Source of the DNA: Takakia lepidozioides
Lineage: Eukaryota > Plantae > Bryophyta
DNA length: 64,000 bases
Reading direction: 5' to 3'
Assembly: GCA_030704615.1 (NCBI GenBank)
Contig: CM060732.1
Span: 40,300,001 to 40,364,000 of the forward strand
Part shown: piece by piece, positions 63,798-64,000 of the stretch
How positions within the stretch are numbered: position 1 is the first letter of the stretch
How the letters are laid out: every line of letters begins with the position of its first letter
The notes under the pieces: generated by a model
What the model was told of the DNA's origin: nothing
The model's database searches: none
Seen by the model: the letters and a program-made list of their open reading frames with translations, nothing else
Made by a program: the position numbers and the translations under genes

Positions 63798-64000
63798 GGG
63801 TTGCACACGTCAGTGACGTCACGTCACGTCGGACCTGACGCTGACGCGACCAACGTCACGTCAGTTTTGCCGAAAAATCAGTAAAACATGAGTTAGGTGA
63901 AAAATTGTATTCCAAGCGACACCTTGGCAAGTGAATGAATTGTTTTATAAATTACTCCATCCGCCAATAGTTGAGGTCATTTTTAATCATTATTGAAATT

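Overview
Repeat-rich eukaryotic DNA, most consistent with a non-flowering land plant (spliceosomal genes, PLS-type PPR debris, TTTAGGG motifs; the taxon is an inference). There are two intact, convergent host genes: a 10-exon ER protein disulfide isomerase (+, 29339-34896, 505 aa, KDEL) and a 10-exon two-RRM RNA-binding protein (-, 38096-50074, 273 aa, with one GC-AG intron and one U12-like intron). The rest is mostly decayed transposons. Best candidate for a new system: an ~11.3 kb Mutator-like DNA transposon (7444-18774) carrying, divergently from its transposase, a spliced gene that fuses a ParB/Srx-like domain to a beta-class amino-DNA-methyltransferase fold. That gene's largest intron holds an array of 22-bp palindromes. 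A diverged paralog (~54300-57400) holds a different palindrome array in the equivalent intron, suggesting element-specific self-recognition. Two other TE classes here also carry methyltransferase and chromatin-reader modules: a Dualen-like LINE (chromodomain plus PCIF1-like MTase) and a Ty3/gypsy element (C5-MTase remnant plus PHD finger). All domain calls come from reading motifs by eye; no searches were run.
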